DNA from: Octopus bimaculoides
Lineage: Eukaryota
DNA length: 54,595 bases
Assembly (NCBI RefSeq): GCF_001194135.2
Contig: NC_068987.1
Span: forward strand, 54,787,890-54,842,484
Reading direction: 5' to 3'
Shown here one piece after another: positions 37,400-50,249 of the stretch (positions are counted from its first letter, which is position 1; the number at the start of each line of letters is the position of its first letter). A program made the position numbers and the translations under genes. The notes below the pieces were generated by a model, which saw only the letters and a program-made list of their open reading frames with translations, had not been told where the DNA came from and did no database searches.

Positions 37400-37684
37400 C
37401 AGGGGTTTTCAAACTTTTTGACTTGCGGACCCCTTTATATTTCAGGCTTTACCCTTATAAACGCTTATGAAATTTATACATAAATATTTGCTTAAAATAA
37501 CATATATTTTTACATTTATTTATTTAACAGTATTTAACAAATAGGTTTATTGTCAATTAAAAGATTTAGATTAAAAACATATATAAAATCAAATTGCCCA
37601 TAAAAAGTATTTGCTGTCCACGGACCCCCTGTCTTGTCCTTGCGGACCCCCTGTGGTCCGCGGACCACAGTTTGAAAACCCCTG
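37400..37684. mobile_element. hAT MITE, 285 bp, perfect TIRs and 8-bp TSD
   Basis: TIR caggggttttcaaact / agtttgaaaacccctg; TSD ctctagta at 37392-37399 and 37685-37692. Confidence 0.92.
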
Positions 37685-37699
37685 CTCTAGTATATGCGA

Positions 37700-38170
37700 A
37701 ATCAGTAATAAAGTACTTGGAAGAAACTATACCAAAATGTAGAGGAAAAGTATGGAACTAAGTTTAGAAGGCATAGGGTTCGTGGAAACAAAAAATTTGC
37801 CGGCTGTTTTCTAATTTGGACACAATCCTCCTGAATAATTTGCATCAAATCCTGAATTATCAAAGACGAGCAGCTCAAAAATCATCATTTTCAATATTAT
37901 GGTCATTAAGAAACAACAGCATAACGGATATATATTACAAAGACCGACACACATGAGTTTCAGTTTCAAAACATGCCACCCAGATCATATAAAGCATAAC
38001 ATTCCATTTAGTCTAGCTAGTAAAATGTGTTGATGTAAGTAGCAGAGAAGAGAGACTTGCAGAAGTCAAAGGATTTCTACTCAAACAAAAGTATCCACCA
38101 ATACTTCTACGAAATGGAATTGATCGTGCAAAATGTATACCTACAGAACAACTGCAAGCAACTCTACAAG
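37700..38170 (+). pseudogene. Penelope-like RT C-terminal remnant
   Basis: CHPDHIKHNIPFSLAS...ERLAEVKGFLLKQKYPP (with a frameshift) matches the PLE post-RT motif HP.H.K.NIP.S.A.R...GYP. Confidence 0.65.
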
Positions 38171-38697
38171 AGGAAATGCAAGGCCATGATATAAAACTTC
38201 TGTAGCGACTAATCCATATAAACATTAATATTTCTAGTGTCACCATATCAAATTTGTATATTGTCAGACTGTGGTAAATGATTTAAGTACAATTGAAAGC
38301 TTGTTCAAAGCAAACGATAATCGAATAATTTGAAATAATTGTTGACAAAGATAAAGTTTGATCTAATAGCCAAACCACCTTTAAGATAACTAAGTGCAAT
38401 GACAACTGTGGTGCATATGCTGGTCATTATATCAACACAAAGGTCAGAAAACAAGTATTGATTTATTAAAATACATTTATTTTTGGACAGGATATTGCGT
38501 TTTCTTTTCTGTTTATTTTAACTGTCAAATTTAACCCGAATACGGTACATGGTCGAACGTATATGCACTATTTATTTGTCGAATATATGTTATACAAATC
38601 CATGTAGAGAGAGCTTTTCACTCACCTCAACGAGTTTATTAATGCTTTCATTCTGCTCTGTTCGTTGTAAGCTGTTCCACTTACTACGATGCTCTGT

Positions 38698-38698
38698 T

Positions 38699-38748
<50 letters not shown>

Positions 38749-38752
38749 TATT
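38698..38752. repeat. (CAT)n microsatellite
   Basis: Directly visible. Confidence 0.95.
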
Positions 38753-39274
38753 ATTTTACTAAATTGGCTGATTAAAGTCTTATTAGAATATTTTTTTCTT
38801 CAAGAATTCTCTTAAACCGGTTGGTTTATAACTTACGTGGTTCTTCAGAATGAAAAAAAATGAGTAATTCATAATTTCTCATCTTTATCTATGCTCGTAA
38901 AGCGTCTGTGTAGGCGTGTATGTGTGGCAACACATGAAAAGATTGTGGAATTGCTAATCTAAGACATCGGTAAGGTTTCTTCATATACAAATAAACGTGT
39001 ATGTTTGAGCGGGTATTAATGTGCGTGTGTGTGTGTGTGTGTGAGCGTATGTACAGATGTACAGTTGCCTAAGAATCCACAAGTCAGAAAAAGTATGTAC
39101 TTGTTTTTTTGCCATTTAGAGTGGGTATATTAATCAACGTATACAGTATTTTAGATTCTTTAAGCCGATCTTACCAATCGTTTTGTCAATGAACATTAGC
39201 TAGCCGTATATTAAATAACACTGCAATTAACTAACTCCATGCGTTCTTCAAAGATAGCAGGTATGGAAAAATAT

Positions 39275-39397
39275 GGCGACTGCTCAGTGGCGTCTGCTCA
39301 ATGGCGACTGCTCAATGGTGACAGCTCAATAGCGACTGCTCAATGGCGACTGCTCAATGGTGACAGCTCAATAGCGACTGCTCAATGGCGAGTGCTC
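39275..39397. repeat. 14-bp minisatellite (gactgctcaatggc) with 42-bp higher-order period
   Basis: About 8.5 units; the variants ggtgacagctcaatagc recur every third unit. Confidence 0.9.
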
Positions 39398-40489
39398 TTT
39401 GTCATTGAAAAATGCCAAGTTTCTGATTTACCCACCAGACTCTTGCTACTTTAAAGCTATCTCAAATAATTTGGAGCCAAGAGGCATAATTCTTGGTAAA
39501 TCTATCGCACATTCACCTCTCACAACTTCTTTTCATCTTTTTCCATAGCACCCACAAACTGTATATAAGTCGTATGACATTTTTTACTTAAAGTAACAGG
39601 GAACAGTCATCATATTTTTCCATACCTGCTATNNNNNNNNNNNNNNNNNNNNNNNNNNNNNNNNNNNNNNNNNNNNNNNNNNNNNNNNNNNNNNNNNNNN
39701 NNNNNNNNNNNNNNNNNNNNNNNNNNNNNNNNNNNNNNNNNNNNNNNNNNNNNNNNNNNNNNNNNNNNNNNNNNNNNNNNNNNNNNNNNNNNNNNNNNNN
39801 NNNNNNNNNNNNNNNNNNNNNNNNNNNNNNNNNNNNNNNNNNNNNNNNNNNNNNNNNNNNNNNNNNNNNNNNNNNNNNNNNNNNNNNNNNNNNNNNNNNN
39901 NNNNNNNNNNNNNNNNNNNNNNNNNNNNNNNNNNNNNNNNNNNNNNNNNNNNNNNNNNNNNNNNNNNNNNNNNNNNNNNNNNNNNNNNNNNNNNNNNNNN
40001 NNNNNNNNNNNNNNNNNNNNNNNNNNNNNNNNNNNNNNNNNNNNNNNNNNNNNNNNNNNNNNNNNNNNNNNNNNNNNNNNNNNNNNNNNNNNNNNNNNNN
40101 NNNNNNNNNNNNNNNNNNNNNNNNNNNNNNNNNNNNNNNNNNNNNNNNNNNNNNNNNNNNNNNNNNNNNNNNNNNNNNNNNNNNNNNNNNNNNNNNNNNN
40201 NNNNNNNNNNNNNNNNNNNNNNNNNNNNNNNNNNNNNNNNNNNNNNNNNNNNNNNNNNNNNNNNNNNNNNNNNNNNNNNNNNNNNNNNNNNNNNNNNNNN
40301 NNNNNNNNNNNNNNNNNNNNNNNNNNNNNNNNNNNNNNNNNNNNNNNNNNNNNNNNNNNNNNNNNNNNNNNNNNNNNNNNNNNNNNNNNNNNNNNNNNNN
40401 NNNNNNNNNNNNNNNNNNNNNNNNNNNNNNNNNNNNNNNNNNNNNNNNNNNNNNNNNNNNNNNNNNNNNNNNNNNNNNNNNNNNNNNNN

Positions 40490-40840
40490 TGTAACAATTT
40501 TAGAGTTCGGATTCTAGAGTTAGGGTTAGTTTTAGGTTTAGGGTTAGGGTTAGGGTTAACAGTCTAGTTAGGGTTAGGGTTAACAGTCTAGTTAGGGTTA
40601 GAGGATTAATACGATATACACCGTTACAGCGCTAACTGTTTTCAACTGAATAGACGTCAGTGATTAGTAGAAATTATCGAAATAAGACAATTTTTTACAT
40701 GAAATAAATTCGAATACAAAAATTTTTTTCTGTTCTATAACACAAAATAGATAAGTATACGAAGTTTGAAAGTCTTTCGGTACCAAAAACACTACATAAA
40801 ACATAAATGAAAACTGGTGCCCCCGTTTTGAAATAGATCC
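40490..40840. mobile_element. Arm of the GGATC-TIR element with TTAGGG-like repeats
   Basis: Reverse complement of 1865-2170, nearly identical. Confidence 0.85.
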
Positions 40841-41144
40841 ATACTTTATAATGAGCATAGCTCACCGTAATATGCAGTCAACAATTGGGTTCATATAACA
40901 ATTAGCGCTTATCAATGTATGTGACCTTTACAGCGCGATACAATCACCAAACTTGGCTGAAAATGAAGCGAAAATTTCGTGAAGGCAATCGAAAATTTTA
41001 GACTTGAAATTTTTGTGCGCTTCTCATTCCGGTTTGATGATTGTGTTAAATATCGAGGTGTGAAGTACACGGGTCTTGAGTATATACCCTCTTTATTACA
41101 CTAAACTAATGTTAGCCTTCGAAGCATATCGTTGTACTCATTAT

Positions 41145-41181
<37 letters not shown>

Positions 41182-41204
41182 TTTTAGCTTCTTTAACTTG
41201 TTTC

Positions 41205-41515
41205 AGTCATTAGATTGCGGCAATGCTGATACACTGCACTGAAGGGTTTAGTCGAACAAATCGATACTTGTACTTATTCTTTAAAACCTGCTAATTAGTC
41301 TGGTTATTTGTCTCTTTCGCTGAACTGCTAAGTAACACGGGCATAAACAAAGCAAACCGGTTGTCAAGCGGTGGTGAGGGACAAGTATAACACAAACACA
41401 TACATTGATAGATATACACATATACATACGATTGGCTTGTTTCAGTTTCCGTCAACCAACTTCACTCACACAGTTGGTAAGCAAGCTTCTTAACCACACA
41501 GGCATGCCTGCGTTT
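41205..41515 (-). mobile_element. Older SINE family A copy
   Basis: Diverged family A motifs. Confidence 0.7.
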
Positions 41516-42181
41516 CTATGAAAGAGAATGTAGGTAGTTTAGATTTATTTAATATGCATTCGTATAGATAGGTAGATAGATTTAAAGTAGTTTGGATTTA
41601 TCTTATCCATTANNNNNNNNNNNNNNNNNNNNNNNNNNNNNNNNNNNNNNNNNNNNNNNNNNNNNNNNNNNNNNNNNNNNNNNNNNNNNNNNNNNNNNNN
41701 NNNNNNNNNNNNNNNNNNNNNNNNNNNNNNNNNNNNNNNNNNNNNNNNNNNNNNNNNNNNNNNNNNNNNNNNNNNNNNNNNNNNNNNNNNNNNNNNNNNN
41801 NNNNNNNNNNNNNNNNNNNNNNNNNNNNNNNNNNNNNNNNNNNNNNNNNNNNNNNNNNNNNNNNNNNNNNNNNNNNNNNNNNNNNNNNNNNNNNNNNNNN
41901 NNNNNNNNNNNNNNNNNNNNNNNNNNNNNNNNNNNNNNNNNNNNNNNNNNNNNNNNNNNNNNNNNNNNNNNNNNNNNNNNNNNNNNNNNNNNNNNNNNNN
42001 NNNNNNNNNNNNNNNNNNNNNNNNNNNNNNNNNNNNNNNNNNNNNNNNNNNNNNNNNNNNNNNNNNNNNNNNNNNNNNNNNNNNNNNNNNNNNNNNNNNN
42101 NNNNNNNNNNNNNNNNNNNNNNNNNNNNNNNNNNNNNNNNNNNNNNNNNNNNNNNNNNNNNNNNNNNNNNNNNNNNNNNNN

Positions 42182-42224
<43 letters not shown>

Positions 42225-44400
42225 TGTGTGTGTGTGTGTGTGTGTAAGTTTTCATCTACTTAATTTTATTCACGTGAGACTAAGTAAAAACGAACTTAAG
42301 ATTCCACGCAGCGAGACTGAACCCGGGGAACTGGTTACGAAGCAAACTTCTTAACCATTTGCAATACTACTCCCCACACATTGCCAGAAGATTATCTTAA
42401 ATGTATATGAATCTAACAAATAACTAATGCGTCAAAATACTGAAAAGGTTAACATGTACCTAAATGCTCTTTTCTCTCTCCACCCAATGACGTTGATAGC
42501 ATTTCTCTTGCCTGCACCCGCAATCGGGAAATTTTTCTAGGAAGAGATGAAGAAAAATGTCTTAAAAGAACTCTTAGGAATTATAATCATTGCTTACTGC
42601 TATGGCTAGGATGGCAAGTAGATATTTGGAAGAAGTAACTAGATAAATAAAATTATTACAAAGGTGAACGAGTACCTAGATATTAACATTCTCTTTTGGT
42701 GCAATTATGCTGATTTAATAACACTTTCATGTCTGTAGCAGTCCACCAAATCATGTAAAAATCTCTCTAAAGCGTACGCAGAATTGAGGGAACTTATGTA
42801 TATATATATTTGTTTAGCTGTACGCTACATTTTTAGTTTATTTGTATTTATTTATGTTATCCAACTATGCTAAGCAATCTTGTAGATAAAAAGACAAAGT
42901 AACATTAAAATTTAGGTTTCGGGAGGAAAGAAAGTAAAAGAAAAACCTATTCTGATTAACTCTTTATTGTTTGCGTAAGTGAATCAAAGGCGCTCCTATC
43001 AATCAAACCTAATAAGATGGTTAAATACTATTTTCTTTCTTTCGCAGTAAGAAAGTAACTAAAATAAGATTAAAATTTCCGTTGGAAACTTAACAAAGTT
43101 TATTTCTTTATTAGTACTAAATTCCTAATCGATAAAATAGAGGTATTTTCATAAATCCAAATCTGATTTCGTAAGGTGACATTGAAAATAGAACTGGAAT
43201 TGAAATTCACTTTCAAAAATGGCGTCCTAATGGATAACATTAAAATCTATAATGAATTTGCTCCAGCGTTCAATAAATTCTACTATTTTCATCTGAATAT
43301 TTATAAATAGAATAACGGGCCTCATTTTCGGCTTCCAGAAATTTGGTATTTTCAGCAAGTTGTACCTTGTATTGAACACACAGACCCTATTTTTTTGAAG
43401 CTGGTTAATTTGAAGTTGGAGTGTGAAAAATAGTTCTGTTCTTTACTTTTTTGAGTGGATTAATAAAGATTTGTAGCAGGATGCGATCTTGCGTTGTCAC
43501 ATTGCGGTTTTCAAATCACGACATGTCAAGGGCTTGATGAAGTGTGCCATCCAATCAAAAGCTATACATCACGTGAAAGATGATGCTGGAAGGCCCTGGA
43601 GTTTTCCCTCTAATGGTTACAAATAGAGTTGATTTTAGGCGCCAATTCTCAGAATGTTGTAAACGTCAAGCCGGAATGATGATCTCCACTCTCGCTAAGT
43701 CGTTCTAGCGGCTTCATGCTTAAAGTGATATGCAATTGTAGTGGCAGACATGAGGCAGAGCATGTAAAGATGTTCCTGTAATCCAGTCCCTGTGCTAAGC
43801 TTTTGATATTCAGCTACTTGCATGTTGCATTGCATTCCTTTCATCTTGCTGACTCTACGTATATTTTTAATGCATGACCAACTTTATATGACTTGTGCAG
43901 TGTGTTGCTACTTCGTGTAGATGTACCGCGTGTATATACAAACGTATGGCAAGTGTACGGTAAACTACAAAATAAGACAAACTTAAATACAAAAATTATT
44001 TGAACGGGATTTTACTGATATTTGACTTCCTGATGTACAACTTTCTTGTTAATTATGACTGACACACACGCGGGCGAAAAGTACCGAATGAGAGAAAACA
44101 AAATGTCGGATATACTGAAACACTTTCACCCATGGATCTACAATTATCTACACATCATTATATGTCTCAGGTTAATGTAAGAAAAACAACTAGATATATT
44201 TAAATTATCTTACAAAAACTTTGTCGGCTCATCATTCTAGAAGCAGCAGAAAATTGTTCACACTGTACAAAGCCATGTTCGCAGTAACATGAAATAACCA
44301 AAGAACATTCAGGGATGACAGCGGGTTTTCTGAGATATAGACGGACATAAAAGGGACCCCACCCCTTTTTTTGAAATCAAAAGCCCGATCCAGATACAAA

Positions 44401-44420
44401 CCGGAAGTGACTCACTTCCG
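44401..44420. promoter_or_regulatory. Palindromic ETS-AP1-ETS motif (CCGGAAGTGACTCACTTCCG)
   Basis: Perfect 9-bp inverted repeat cggaagtga-c-tcacttccg containing two GGAA cores and a central TGACTCA. Confidence 0.45.
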
Positions 44421-45435
44421 ACAAGTTGTGAAAACTAACACAGTGTTAATAAAACATGTTTAAATGTGTTCTCGCAGCTTCCGCAAACCAGCAAGCAACC
44501 ATCACAACACATCCCAGCAACTTTGGTGTGACCCAAGCAACAGATTCATTGAAAAGTTAATATGGTGACTTGGTTGTATACGGGAACGATACACAGTCTA
44601 ACTAATACCTGGGAAATGCAAGCACAGGACCACCCCCACCCATCTCCTGCCTGGCGAAGCTGCACTAACAGAGACCCCCGCCTCTTACGGACGGAATAGA
44701 ATCGCAGGATCACAAAGGATACGTGAGCTGCGTAAGTTCAGAGTCAACTCCTTGCCTTTAGTCCCACGACGAATGCCCGACCAGCGGCAAAGCCTTCCAA
44801 GCACGGATTGGGCTGGTCGGCCACAGCCGGACACACCGCGATCCATCGTTTTCGTGGGGCAGCATCATAGCCATGTATTGAGAGGAATTCTTTTGTGGGT
44901 ATATATATATATATATTATATCGTCTGTAAATCATAAATCCGAAAGAGAAGCAGTAGAGTAATTAGATAAAGAAAGTTGTTGCCGGTGTAAAGTGCAAGG
45001 TCATCCCTAACTCTTACTCTCAGACTCATTCTTTCTCTCGCCGTTTTCCTCTTCTTTCCATTATACATACATACATACATACATACATACATACATACAT
45101 ACACATAGGAATAAAAGTTCTTGGTAGTGTAGAGTGAAATATAATAACAATGATACAATATTCGGTCAGAAGTAATGACAGTATCCTTTTATTACTTTAT
45201 CTAAAGAAATGAGATAATGTACTGCTTAAATCCTTTTATCTTGAACTTTTGTATCGTTTTCTAGCGCCGGAGAGTCAATATTTGTCTCAGCAGGCACAAA
45301 ATTTGTCTTTCCATCACTTCTGAACAACACAAAAAATAAATTAAAAGGACTTAAGCGGTACTTTATCAATTTTTTTTTAAATATCTATACAGAGAAGACA
45401 CATCCATACCACCATTACTTCTCACAAGAGATATA

Positions 45436-45469
<34 letters not shown>

Positions 45470-45882
45470 ATACATATATATATATATATAATAATATTAG
45501 GGACAAAATCCAAAATTACAGGTAAAAACTATATATTTTATNNNNNNNNNNNNNNNNNNNNNNNNNNNNNNNNNNNNNNNNNNNNNNNNNNNNNNNNNNN
45601 NNNNNNNNNNNNNNNNNNNNNNNNNNNNNNNNNNNNNNNNNNNNNNNNNNNNNNNNNNNNNNNNNNNNNNNNNNNNNNNNNNNNNNNNNNNNNNNNNNNN
45701 NNNNNNNNNNNNNNNNNNNNNNNNNNNNNNNNNNNNNNNNNNNNNNNNNNNNNNNNNNNNNNNNNNNNNNNNNNNNNNNNNNNNNNNNNNNNNNNNNNNN
45801 NNNNNNNNNNNNNNNNNNNNNNNNNNNNNNNNNNNNNNNNNNNNNNNNNNNNNNNNNNNNNNNNNNNNNNNNNNNNNNNNNN

Positions 45883-46099
45883 CCATTTAAGAAACACACA
45901 ATAACCGTTAGATTCACTTCAACATTTCAATTTAATTTGCCAAAATATTTTCGTCGCTTTGAGACCGCGACCTATTCACTGACAAAATTCTGTGCTTTTG
46001 TCAGTGAACAGGCGCAGTCTCAAAGCGACGAAAATATTTTGGCAAATTGAATTTAAATGCTGAAGTGAATCTAACGGATTTTATGTGTTTCTTGAATGG
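45883..46099. repeat. Inverted repeat (about 105-bp arms, 8-nt loop) made of the 99-bp satellite unit
   Basis: The left arm is the reverse complement of the right arm, and both match the unit at 34197-34500. Confidence 0.9.
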
Positions 46100-46179
46100 C
46101 TTATAAACACCTTCCACGCTGCAACTGTTTTTGTGTGTGTGTATATATATATACATGGATTCAAGTAATCCGGTAGTAC

Positions 46180-46670
46180 TCATAAAAACACTCCTTAATG
46201 TATCACTCTACAAAACATATAGAATAAACCTAAAGATCGGTGAAAAAGAAAATACCTATATGCTGAACTACTGAGAAATCTAGAGTTACTCAACTCAAAT
46301 TACAAGTCCATGCTTATAACTTTAATTCTGGGGTCACAGTGGTATGTAACAAACTGGCTGAAAGCTGATTTTCGAAGACTGCAGATTCAAGCCACCACAG
46401 GAACTGTTAAAATTTGTAAAATTATTCAGAAGTTTATCAGTTAAGCATTTATGCGCATGTTTAGGCATGCAACTATATGCATCAGAATATATGCATAAAA
46501 GAAAACATACAATCTGCACGTGCACTGACTCCAAATACAACACATTTACACACGTACATGCAAAAATATCCTGTTTATGCTGTTGAAATTCCAATGAAGG
46601 TATCTTGGATCTAGGTAAGAAACCGGCTGTTTCTCTATTGGCAAGAAATCTGGAAATAGAACTGAATAGT
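46180..46670 (+). mobile_element. R4-like LINE 3' fragments
   Basis: Match the RLE end and UTR of 47040-47650. Confidence 0.7.
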
Positions 46671-46764
46671 GACATACATACATACATACATACATACATG
46701 CATGCATGCATGCATGCATACATACATACATACATAAGAATCCCCAGTATGGTAGAAGCCATAA

Positions 46765-47027
46765 TAAATAATAATAAATGCACCCTTTTAAAGCCTAAGC
46801 AGGCTCATGGACCCGGTTTCCCGGTTTCAATGGCGTATGTGTTCCCCAGCTGGACGGGACGCTAGTCCATCGCAGCGTTACTCATTTTTGCCAGCTGAGT
46901 GGACTGGAGCAACGTGAAATGAAGTGTTTTGCTCAAGAACACAACGCGTCGCCCGGTCCAGGAATCGAAACCACAATCTTACGATCATGATGCTGACACC
47001 CTAACCACTAAGCCACGCGCCTCCACT
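46765..47027 (-). mobile_element. Intact SINE family D with 15-bp TSD
   Basis: TSD tggtagaagccataa at 46750-46764 and 47028-47042; tRNA-like head. Confidence 0.9.
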
Positions 47028-47042
47028 TGGTAGAAGCCATAA

Positions 47043-47650
47043 CCACTTATAATATAAAGGAGTACTGGTGGAATGTCCAAGTGAAAACCTCAATAAAATG
47101 TAAGTACAACAGACCTGATATACTGATTTGGGATAGAGAAGAGAAACTGTAAAGTTGTGGAAATTAGCTACCCAGCGGATGTTAACATAAAGCTGAAGAT
47201 CAGTAAAAAAGAGAATATCTACGCTGAACTATTGAGAAATCTGTAGATACTCTAACCAGATTACAAGTTCAGGTTTATACCTATAATTATTGGGGCCTTG
47301 GTATATGTACCACACTGCCTAAATACCAATCATGAGAAATTAGGCTTCTCAATACTGGAAAGGAGAAAGCTAATTCGAAGACTACAGATCCAGTCAATCA
47401 CTGGAACTGTAAAAATCTGTAAAACTTTCCAGAAGTATATCAATGTCTAGATATGCAACTATATGCATGAGACTACATGCATAAAACGAAACATACAAAT
47501 CTGCACATATATATACATACAGACAAAGAGAGACAGATAAACAAAAATACCCTGATGTTGATGTTGGAATTCCAATGAAGGACCCTTGGATCTAAATTAG
47601 AAACCGGCTCTTTTTTTGGTAAGAAATTTTGAAATAAAACTGAATAATGA
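47043..47650 (+). mobile_element. R4/Dong-like LINE 3' end
   Basis: RPDILIWDREEKL..VVEISYPADVNIKLKI...KLIRRLQIQSITGTVKICKTFQK followed by the family 3' UTR. Confidence 0.85.
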
Positions 47651-47667
47651 CTTGCATGCATGCATAC

Positions 47668-47872
47668 ATATTGTTGGCACTCCGTCGCTTACGACGTCGA
47701 GGGTTCCAGTTGATCCTNNNNNNNNNNNNNNNNNNNNNNNNNNNNNNNNNNNNNNNNNNNNNNNNNNNNNNNNNNNNNNNNNNNNNNNNNNNNNNNNNNN
47801 NNNNNNNNNNNNNNNNNNNNNNNNNNNNNNNNNNNNNNCCGCTGCCCTAACCACTGGGCCATTGAGCCTCCG
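47668..47872 (-). mobile_element. SINE family C (interrupted by a gap)
   Basis: Both ends match 20051-20438. Confidence 0.85.
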
Positions 47873-47902
47873 CATGCATGCATACATACATACATACATA
47901 CA

Positions 47903-47934
<32 letters not shown>

Positions 47935-49090
47935 ATCGGGTCCCGGAGACCCATTTTCCCATTATACAAGAGGCGGAATTTAAAATCTGAACGTACAGAA
48001 CCGGAACAGATACCACAAAGCATTCCATCCAATGTTCCACCGATTCCACCAATCTACCTGCCTTTACTGGTACTTTATTTATTGAATCCAAACGTAAGAA
48101 AAGCAAAGTTGAGCTCAGCAGAATTTGAACTCTAGGCATAAAAAGCAAGAAGAAATACAGCATGACATTCTATCCAACATTCAAATGACTCTGCCAATTC
48201 GATATCTTTAGGAAAAGCATGAACGTCCTAACTTCTCATTTTTAACATTTTTCTCCTAAAATATATGGTTTTCCTTCATAGTCAAGATAAATTATGTAAT
48301 CAATATTTATGCACATTGAATGCCAAAAATATAATTTCCAAAATAAAACCAATTTAGCAAAGAATTAATTCCAAATCCAAATACTGCCAATGCCAAGAAC
48401 TAATCAATTCAATGTTAATTGATCCGGAATCCTCATGTTTGCTGCATTCAGTCAATATTACTTCTATTGAAATGGATTTGCTTGGGAGTTAACCTGACCA
48501 TTGTGTTCAACAATGGGAGAAAACTCAAAGGAATGTAGGGGAGTGATGTGAGTTTCCTGGGATTTACAGAATTGGTTTCAACAAAGAATGAAACTGATAA
48601 ACCAGCATCAAAAGGTTTTCATTTACACCACAATCGGTTTTATAGGAAAATATTTTAATCTGTGAAAGAAGATACTAATCCAACCAGCCACCGTTTACAG
48701 TTATAATCCATGTTGAACGTGCTACTCTCAGAGACTACAGAAACGTGTCAACCTGCTAGACAGAGCAGCCAAATACATCACAAATCTAACTTGTCATCTT
48801 TCTAAAAGTGAGAGAAAGCATTGAATAATGTAGTCTTAGATTCGATTATTATTTATCGTTTCGGTTGGTTGGAAGCGACTGCGTCAATAGACTTTATAGG
48901 CCCTCCAAAGTTTGTGAAGTTGATATTCAGTTTCAACTGCAATATGACACCTTTGAGAAAAATGTGGATGGAGAAGGAAATCAAGAGGGTTAATTTCCTG
49001 GAGAAAAACGATTAAGTATAATGGTTAGTATGGGGAAGAGGCACAGAATAGATGACAATGAGAAGAGAGCAGTGTGTTAGCTGGAGATAC

Positions 49091-49505
49091 TCTTTTACTC
49101 TTTTACTTGTTTCAGTCATTTGACTGCGGCCATGCTGGAGCACCGCCTTTAGTCGAGCAAATCGACCCCAGGACTTATTCTTTGTAAGCCTAGTACATAT
49201 TCTATCGGTCTCTTTTTGCCGAACCGCTAAGTTACAGGGACGTAAACACACCAGTATCGGTTGTCAAGCGATGGTGGGGGGACAAACACACACACACAAA
49301 CACACACACACNNNNNNNNNNNNNNNNNNNNNNATATATATATATATACATATATACGACGGGCTTGTTTCAGTTTCCGTCTACCAAATCCACTCACAAG
49401 GCTTTGGTCGGCCCGAGGCTATAGTAGAAGACACTTGCCCAAGGTGCCACGCAGTGGGACTGAACCCGGAACCATGGGATTGGTAAGCAAGCTACTTACC
49501 ACACA
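49091..49505 (-). mobile_element. Full SINE family A
   Basis: Near-identical to 17030-17410. Confidence 0.88.
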
Positions 49506-49569
49506 TCAACTTCTACGATTAATTAACTTTAGAAAGTTCAAACCATTGTAGTAGTTGCAGAAGAGACTG

Positions 49570-49830
49570 AGTGATGAAACAATGCTTCTGTAAGCTAGAT
49601 GCTGGAGTATCTTGGTAAGTGTGTCCTTGACAAACAGCCGGACGTCTTTCTTTTGGATGCGATGAAGGATGCTTTTGTGTAGCAGGGCCTCAGTTTCAAA
49701 TGAGGAAGCAGTATTTCATTGCGTCTCATTTGGGCTTTGTAGAATATTTGTAGCTTTTCGGGGTTGGAATATTTTCTAGCTCTAAAGAAAGCTAGTCTTT
49801 GAGGCACACTTGACAATGGAATCAGTACTG
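49570..49830 (-). pseudogene. CR1/L2/Jockey-group LINE post-RT fragment
   Basis: RLAFFRARKYSNPEKLQIFYKAQMR resembles the LGxLxRxRKYFxPxQLLxLYKAQxRP motif. Confidence 0.6.
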
Positions 49831-50249
49831 ACAATCCTTTGATTATAAATCTGTTGAATTAGGGGTGATCTGGGGCTTAAAAGACCCTTAAAAGACGATT
49901 GAAATTCTTTCAATAAATTCAGAAAATATAAGAACATTGAGAAGTTAATAGCTACAACACAAATATGTATGGGGCGTTTACGTGGTTGCTCCGTCTGCTA
50001 GAATAAACAACTAAATTTTTCACATTTTTAAAGCTGGGAAGGTAAAGGAACCTTTTTTTTTTATTATAATGTACTCCTCGATAAACATTTAAACGAAGAT
50101 GGAATGATCATATTTGGAACACCGTTGATACTATGTCTACTCATTGGAGCTAAACAACACAAACACAGACCACTGTAGAATCGCTGTTTGGCCGTAGACT
50201 ATATTTTCAGCTGTATGGGAGCCGTCAAAAAACAATTTCCTCTGATGAC

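Noticed and set aside
42540-42620. Plus-strand exon-like frame GRDEEKCLKRTLRNYNHCLLLWLGWQ
   Set aside because: Weak donor and no partner exons.
48855-49000. Minus-strand 47-codon frame after a strong acceptor
   Set aside because: No homology or convincing donor; the surrounding DNA looks like decayed retroelement.
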